A stretch of DNA of 29,189 bases from an uncultured Candidatus Saccharibacteria bacterium (lineage in GTDB: Bacteria; Patescibacteriota; Minisyncoccia; UBA6257; JAAZHW01). The notes beneath the pieces are model-generated. The model was not told the DNA's origin, did no database searches, and saw nothing but the letters and a program-made list of their open reading frames with translations. A program made the translations under genes and the position numbers. The DNA lies in contig CAZRVJ010000003.1 of the NCBI GenBank assembly GCA_964603535.1, positions 1-29,189 on the forward strand, read 5' to 3'. Below are positions 24,298 through 29,189 of this stretch, one piece after another (the stretch's first letter is position 1; the number at the start of each line of letters is the position of its first letter).

Positions 24298-25011
24298 ATG
24301 AGACAAAAAAGAGCTGAAAAATTATTAAGTGATGTTAAGGCTGATTATAATAAGATTGCCGGTCATTTTTCTAAAACTAGGGCTTATTTTTGGCCGGATG
24401 CCAAATTTTTATTGGATTATATAAAGGATGGCGATTTGGTTCTGGATTTGGGCTGTGGTAATGGACGGGCTTTTCGGGAAATTAAGGAAAGGGGGGCTCA
24501 ATATATTGGAGTAGATTTTTCCGAGGAATTAATAAAGGAAGCTAAAGATATTCATTCTGAAGCTGATTTTAGAGTAGCCAATGCTTTGCAGCTACCGTTC
24601 GTTGATGAATATTTTGATAAAATTTATTGCTTTGCTGTTTTGCATCATATTCCATCAAAACAATTACGCCAAGAATTTATGGAAGAGGCGCGTAGAGTTT
24701 TGAAACCAGGAGGTACTTTAATTTTAACGGTTTGGGATTTATGGTCAAATTCGCGCGCTAAGAAGATTTTATTTTGGAATAGATTAAAGAAATTGTTTTT
24801 TGCTTCATCTTTAGGCTGGAATGATGTTTTTTATTTATGGAAAGACGCTGAAGGGAAGATATTGGTTAAACGTTATGTGCATATGTTCAAAAAGAGGGAA
24901 TTGATAAGATTGGCGAAACGGTCAGATTTTGAAATAGTAAATTCCGGGAAGATTCAAAAAACAGGAAATGAAAATGGCAATATCTATTTAGTAGTGAAAA
25001 AGCCGCGTTAA
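24298..25011 (+). CDS. Class I SAM-dependent methyltransferase, Trm9/ALKBH8-like
   Basis: VLDLGCGNGR (SAM binding), FAVLHHI, LKPGG.LILTVW. N-terminal YNKIA.HFS.TR..W and C-terminal DVF..W...RYVH.F...EL resemble Trm9 as recalled. Methyltransferase call is firm; Trm9 orthology is less so. Confidence 0.85.
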   Translation: MRQKRAEKLLSDVKADYNKIAGHFSKTRAYFWPDAKFLLDYIKDGDLVLDLGCGNGRAFREIKERGAQYIGVDFSEELIKEAKDIHSEADFRVANALQLPFVDEYFDKIYCFAVLHHIPSKQLRQEFMEEARRVLKPGGTLILTVWDLWSNSRAKKILFWNRLKKLFFASSLGWNDVFYLWKDAEGKILVKRYVHMFKKRELIRLAKRSDFEIVNSGKIQKTGNENGNIYLVVKKPR

Positions 25012-25025
25012 TAATTTAAATTATT

Positions 25026-25355
25026 ATGAATTTTAAAGAATACCAAGAAAAATCTCAACAAACCGCGATTTATCCCAATTTGGGAAATAATTTTATCTAT
25101 CCGTCTTTGGGTTTGGCTGGTGAAACCGGTGAAGTGATGGAAAAAATAAAAAAATTGATTCGTGATCAAGATGGAAAAATCAATGATGAATTTAAAAAAG
25201 AAATTAGTAAAGAAATGGGCGATGTGTTGTGGTATTTAGCGCAATTAGCTACGGAATTTTCTTTATCCTTTGATAAAATAGCTGAGGAAAATATTGAGAA
25301 GCTTTTTTCCAGAAAAGATAGGGGAGTATTACATGGGGATGGCGATAATAGGTAA
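25026..25355 (+). CDS. MazG-like nucleoside triphosphate pyrophosphohydrolase
   Basis: YQ.....TA.YP, LGLAGE.GEV.EK.KK..RD, E.GDVLWY.A, N..KL.SR..RG.L.G.GDNR. Confidence 0.9.
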   Translation: MNFKEYQEKSQQTAIYPNLGNNFIYPSLGLAGETGEVMEKIKKLIRDQDGKINDEFKKEISKEMGDVLWYLAQLATEFSLSFDKIAEENIEKLFSRKDRGVLHGDGDNR

Positions 25356-25394
25356 AAATTCGTAGATTTTTGATTTATTTTAATGTTTTTCTCA

Positions 25395-25422
25395 AAAAAC
25401 CGCATTAAGAAATGCGGTTTTT
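25395..25422. terminator. Terminator hairpin after the MazG-like gene
   Basis: AAAAACCGCATT-AAGA-AATGCGGTTTTT. Confidence 0.8.
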
Positions 25423-25452
25423 GCTGCTAATATTGGGCCACCTTTGTGGGGG

Positions 25453-25481
25453 TTGACTTTTATATTAAGGTATGATATAAT
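25453..25481 (+). promoter_or_regulatory. Strong sigma70 promoter for the surface protein gene
   Basis: TTGACT, 17 nt, TATAAT with TG extension. Confidence 0.75.
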
Positions 25482-25544
25482 GATATCACTTTTCGTTTAG
25501 TATTTGAAAAGTCGAAAAAAAGCTTAAAACGTATAAAAAATAAT

Positions 25545-27755
25545 ATGAATATGAAAAAAACTATTAATTTAATACTTGGCTTTGGTTTGATGACCGGAAT
25601 TATTTTATTATCTTTTATAATGATAAATGGTTTGAATTTTAGACCGGTTTTTGGTATGGCCGCTGTTGCTAATGGCGCTGTTTGTCCTCCAATAACCGCT
25701 CATCCAACCGGTATCAATTTTAATCCGGAACCAGCTAATGTAAATCAATCAGTAAATATCAGAACTGATCATATTTATGAATGTGATTCTGCTTCTTGCA
25801 CATGGTATTGGTCTGGTAGTGCGAATAATACAAATTCCAACAAACCGAATGGTTCTTTCAATACTACCTTTTCTTCAGCTGGTACAAAGAGCGTTTGCGT
25901 TGAAGTTCGTGCTGATTGGGCTGATGGTTGTGGCAGTGTAAGAGTCGCTTATGGTTGTGATAACCTTGCGGTAAATAATACCTCTGATGCTCTTCCTACG
26001 GTTAACCTCTTAGTTAATGGATCTAATGGTCCGATCACTGTTTCTCCTGGAGAATCTGCTAGATTATCTTGGACTTCTACTAATGCAGCTTTTTGTACTG
26101 CTTCTGATGATTGGTCTGGTAAGAAAAATCCTGAGGGATCAGAATCAACTGGTAAAGTTTATAGTACTAAAGCATACGTTATAACTTGTACTGGTGATGG
26201 AGGTTCTGCTTCTGATAAAGTTACTGTGAGAGTATCTGGTTCTGGAACACCGACTCCGTCTCCATGGCCGACTTCAACTCCGTATCCAACTTATACTCCA
26301 TGGCCGACTTATACCCCTTGGCCAACTTACGGACCGACTTGTATTCCTCCTGGAATTAATACCGTATCTATTTATCGTGATCCAACTCCGGTTTGTGCCG
26401 GACAGCAAAGTCTATTCAAGACTCAGGACATTTTTGAATGTTACGGATATTACTGCGAATGGCGTTGGTCAGGAGATGTTGGTAATACTACCAGCACAAA
26501 TAATCCTAATGGAAGTTTCTACACTACTTTTTCTAATGGAGGAACTAAAAATATCTATGTTGGCGTTTGGAAGAAAATGTATGTAGCCAATTGTGGCGAA
26601 CAATATTTCCAAATTGCTACCGGTTATTTGAACTTTACCGTTGGAGATTATTGTTCTTACACTCCGACCCCAACCGTAAGTCCTACTACCACTCCAACCC
26701 CTCCGATCTGTCAGCATAATCTTTTGGCTTTACCTTTAGCTCAAACATCTTGTGTTGTTACAGCCAATAATGGCGGAACTTGTAATGTTTCCACTTCTGA
26801 TGGTTTTAATGTTAGATACAATGTGTTAGCTGGATCAGTGAGTGCCAATACTAATATTAGCGTTTTCGTTTATCGCGCTAGCGATCTATCAGCGCTTAAT
26901 GTAAAAGTTGGAAACTTGTCTATCATTGGTAATAAGGTTGTTCAGGTGATTGCTGAGAATGATAATTGTCATGCAGTGACTCTTTCTAAGGATGCGATAA
27001 TTAATTTTACCTATCCGAATAGTTATACCTCTGGGTATATTGAGAGCTCATTCACTAACTATCATACTCCAACTTATGCTAATAATTGGTTTATGTTGCC
27101 GACAGCTAGAAGCACCAGTGCTAATACATTAACTTCATTAACAAGGAATTTGGGATACTTTGCTATCTATGGTCCGAAATACATCTATATTCCGACCGCA
27201 ACACCGACAGCAACTGCAACTCCTAGTCCGACTCCTGAAATTTTAGGCACTACCTGTGTTTATCCGCCGGCCGCGCCAACTGATAATGACTTTTTAGATT
27301 CTTTGTTCTTGGCCGCTTTAATTGACCAATTCAAAGGAATTAAAATTACTTGGTGTCAATTCTTAGCTCTATTGAATTTATTGCTTTTACTTTTGATCTT
27401 GTGGTTTGCTTTTTACAGAAAGGAAAAACAACCAACTAAACAAGAATCATTAGCTTTTAACGGATCTGTGGCTCAATCTAAAAAAGGAAAATCCTTTTGG
27501 CAATGGTTAGCTATCCCATTCGTTGCTTGCTTCGCTTATTTCCGTAAAGTATGGAAAAATCGTCAGGAAAAGAATAAATTCTGGAAAGAATTCAAGAAAA
27601 ACAATGTTTCTTTAAATTCTCTTTTAGATGAGATTAAAGAAAGCGACGGTAAAAACATTAATGCTTCAATTGCTCCAAATGATTTGCCAGTTGAAGTCAT
27701 TAAGAAAGACGTTCAGGACGATGAGAAAGGATCTCAATTCGTTATCATCAAATAA
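25545..27755 (+). CDS. Large modular Cys- and Pro/Thr-rich cell-surface protein with a C-terminal membrane anchor
   Basis: N-terminal hydrophobic signal, duplicated beta-rich domains, Ig-like segment (LSWTSTNA..CTA...WSG), PT-rich linkers, TM FLALLNLLLLLLILWFAFY. Confidence 0.85.
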   Translation: MNMKKTINLILGFGLMTGIILLSFIMINGLNFRPVFGMAAVANGAVCPPITAHPTGINFNPEPANVNQSVNIRTDHIYECDSASCTWYWSGSANNTNSNKPNGSFNTTFSSAGTKSVCVEVRADWADGCGSVRVAYGCDNLAVNNTSDALPTVNLLVNGSNGPITVSPGESARLSWTSTNAAFCTASDDWSGKKNPEGSESTGKVYSTKAYVITCTGDGGSASDKVTVRVSGSGTPTPSPWPTSTPYPTYTPWPTYTPWPTYGPTCIPPGINTVSIYRDPTPVCAGQQSLFKTQDIFECYGYYCEWRWSGDVGNTTSTNNPNGSFYTTFSNGGTKNIYVGVWKKMYVANCGEQYFQIATGYLNFTVGDYCSYTPTPTVSPTTTPTPPICQHNLLALPLAQTSCVVTANNGGTCNVSTSDGFNVRYNVLAGSVSANTNISVFVYRASDLSALNVKVGNLSIIGNKVVQVIAENDNCHAVTLSKDAIINFTYPNSYTSGYIESSFTNYHTPTYANNWFMLPTARSTSANTLTSLTRNLGYFAIYGPKYIYIPTATPTATATPSPTPEILGTTCVYPPAAPTDNDFLDSLFLAALIDQFKGIKITWCQFLALLNLLLLLLILWFAFYRKEKQPTKQESLAFNGSVAQSKKGKSFWQWLAIPFVACFAYFRKVWKNRQEKNKFWKEFKKNNVSLNSLLDEIKESDGKNINASIAPNDLPVEVIKKDVQDDEKGSQFVIIK
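26262..26333 (+). repeat. In-frame 18-bp tandem repeat, 4 copies (PWPTST PYPTYT PWPTYT PWPTYG)
   Basis: Degenerate CC(a/g/t)T(gg/at)CC(g/a)ACTT units read directly from the sequence. Confidence 0.85.
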
Positions 27756-27778
27756 ATCCAGCGTTTTTACGGATTTAT

Positions 27779-27810
27779 CCGACCGCCCCTAGTAGGGCGG
27801 TCGGTTTTTT
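27779..27810 (+). terminator. Intrinsic terminator after the surface protein gene
   Basis: CCGACCGCCC / GGGCGGTCGG 10-bp stem followed by T6. Confidence 0.88.
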
Positions 27811-27836
27811 GTCATTATTATCTGCAATATTCGGGG

Positions 27837-27865
27837 TTGTTTTTTACTGGCAAAAATTATATACT
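27837..27865 (+). promoter_or_regulatory. Promoter for tyrS
   Basis: TTGTTT, 17 nt, TATACT, 10 nt, ATG 27876. Confidence 0.5.
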
Positions 27866-27875
27866 ATTATTGAAT

Positions 27876-29111
27876 ATGAGTATATTTTTTAAGGAAAAAG
27901 TTAAAACTCCAATAGAGGAGCAATTAAATATTTTAAAAAGGGGTGTTTTTGAAATTTTGCCAGAAAATTCTTTAAAAGAAAAGCTGGAAATTTCTCAAAA
28001 AGAAAATAGGCCATTACGCATTAAATTGGGAGTAGATCCGACTTCTAAGGATTTGCATCTCGGTCATGCCGTTGTTTTAAGAAAATTAAAGCAGTTTCAA
28101 GATTTGGGTCACAAGGTGATTTTGATTATTGGAGACTTCACTGCTTTAATTGGCGATCCTTCCGGGCGTTCTAAAACTCGTCCCGTTCTTTCCGATAAAG
28201 AAATTAAAGAGAACGCGAAAACATATTACATGCAGGCCAAGAAAATTCTCAATCCCTCTCAGACAGAAATACGTTATAATAGCGAATGGTTAAAGAAGAT
28301 TGATCTGAAACTTATGCTGAAATTAATGTCTACTATAACCGTAGCGCAGATGTTGGAAAGAGATGATTTTAAAAATCGTTTTAAATCCGGTAGTGAAATT
28401 TATCTTCATGAATTTTTATATCCTTTGATGCAGGGTTATGATTCCGTGGCAGTTAGAGCTGATATAGAAATTGGCGGCTCTGATCAAAAATTTAATTTGT
28501 TAGTAGGCAGAGATCTGCAGCATTTTTATGGACAAAAACCGCAGGCTACTTTATCTATGCCGCTTTTGGAAGGCCTAGACGGGGAGATGAAAATGTCCAA
28601 ATCTTTAGGCAATTATATCGGTTTAACGGAAAAGCCAGAAATGATGTTTGGAAAAGTGATGTCTTTGAGAGATTCTTTGATTTTGAAATATTTTGAATTG
28701 TGCACTGATTTAAAGAATGCGGAGATAAAAGAGATGGAGAGTGGATTAAAAAATAATGCTAATCCTCGTGATTTAAAATTGCGTTTAGCCTCTGAAATTA
28801 CCAAACTTTATCATGGAGAAGAAGCGGCGCGATCCGCTAAAAATAGTTTTATTAAAACTTTTAGTCAGAAAGAAACTCCTACTGATATAGGTGTTGTTGC
28901 TTTGGATTTTCAAAATCAGCCTCTTTTTAAATTATTGCCTCAAATAGACAAGAGCATTAAAAGTAATTCGGCTAGTCAAAATTTAATCATGGCTGGTGGT
29001 GTTGATATTGATGATAAAAAAATTAAAGATCCATTTATGGTTTTAGAAAAAGGAAAGGAATATATCATCAAAATAGGAAAGAAGTATTTTGTGAGAGTGA
29101 AGATGAAATAG
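27876..29111 (+). CDS. tyrS: Tyrosine--tRNA ligase
   Basis: KLGVDPTSKDLHLGH, IGDFTA.IGDPSG, YPLMQGYDS, GG.DQ.FN, KMSKS, C-terminal S4-like domain. ATG 27876 preferred. Confidence 0.98.
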   Translation: MSIFFKEKVKTPIEEQLNILKRGVFEILPENSLKEKLEISQKENRPLRIKLGVDPTSKDLHLGHAVVLRKLKQFQDLGHKVILIIGDFTALIGDPSGRSKTRPVLSDKEIKENAKTYYMQAKKILNPSQTEIRYNSEWLKKIDLKLMLKLMSTITVAQMLERDDFKNRFKSGSEIYLHEFLYPLMQGYDSVAVRADIEIGGSDQKFNLLVGRDLQHFYGQKPQATLSMPLLEGLDGEMKMSKSLGNYIGLTEKPEMMFGKVMSLRDSLILKYFELCTDLKNAEIKEMESGLKNNANPRDLKLRLASEITKLYHGEEAARSAKNSFIKTFSQKETPTDIGVVALDFQNQPLFKLLPQIDKSIKSNSASQNLIMAGGVDIDDKKIKDPFMVLEKGKEYIIKIGKKYFVRVKMK

Positions 29112-29167
29112 GAAAGCTTTAGGATTGAAGCTCTATTGAGAATTGAATTAATTTATGGGAGTAATAG

Positions 29168-29189
29168 ATGATGTCAAAAATCGTTTGGA
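29168..29189 (+). CDS. Possible start of the next gene (MMSKIVW..., truncated by window end)
   Basis: GGGAG SD-like motif upstream of ATGATG; frame open to the window end. Too short to identify. Confidence 0.35.

Noticed and set aside
251-28804. Short alternative-frame and antisense ORFs in the track (e.g. 251-451, 2851-3062, 3703-3948, 4921-5118, 6610-6816, 8984-9316, 9668-9850, 10401-10586, 12575-12805, 13935-14141, 16610-16882, 17401-17751, 17936-18136, 20421-21047, 22217-22420, 23600-23869, 25166-25405, 26377-26717, 28613-28804)
   Set aside because: All overlap well-supported genes in another frame or strand and show no recognisable motifs; typical shadow ORFs.

Overview
AT-rich bacterial chromosomal segment using the standard genetic code (TGA acts as stop; tRNA-Trp has anticodon CCA). 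Gene content and compact protein variants suggest a Patescibacteria/CPR (Parcubacteria-like) genome; this taxonomic call is inference. The window is mostly housekeeping: secY-adk-map-ruvX; tspO, a PD-(D/E)XK nuclease, alr and several small membrane or secreted proteins; cdaA; GT2-galT; prfA-rpmE divergent from rpsB-tsf; a tRNA-Thr/Tyr/Thr-rpmG-tRNA-Trp cluster; gtrA-like, holin-like, secG, an orphan OppA-like protein, cupin PGI, tRNA-Leu, rnj, trpS, a 736-aa modular surface protein and tyrS. The best candidate for an undescribed system is a head-to-head pair 66 bp apart: an Elp3 radical-SAM/KAT enzyme and a methyltransferase carrying Trm9/ALKBH8-like motifs. Together they would make a eukaryote/archaea-style cm5U to mcm5U wobble-uridine pathway in a bacterium, followed by a MazG-like pyrophosphatase. 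Other unexplained features: a promoter-and-terminator-bounded, hairpin-rich ~260-nt orphan transcript; a long G-U-containing rod between rpmE and rpsB; tRNAs with non-canonical position 55 (one with an A18/G55 double change); a leader/trailer helix enclosing tRNA-Thr(UGU); a tRNA 3'-end att-like duplication around a 123-bp mini-element; a nested palindromic element after rpmG; an RF1 lacking domain 1; and repeated promoter geometry implying leaderless mRNAs. No CRISPR array, rRNA, transposase or integrase was seen. All family calls are by motif recognition, not database search.
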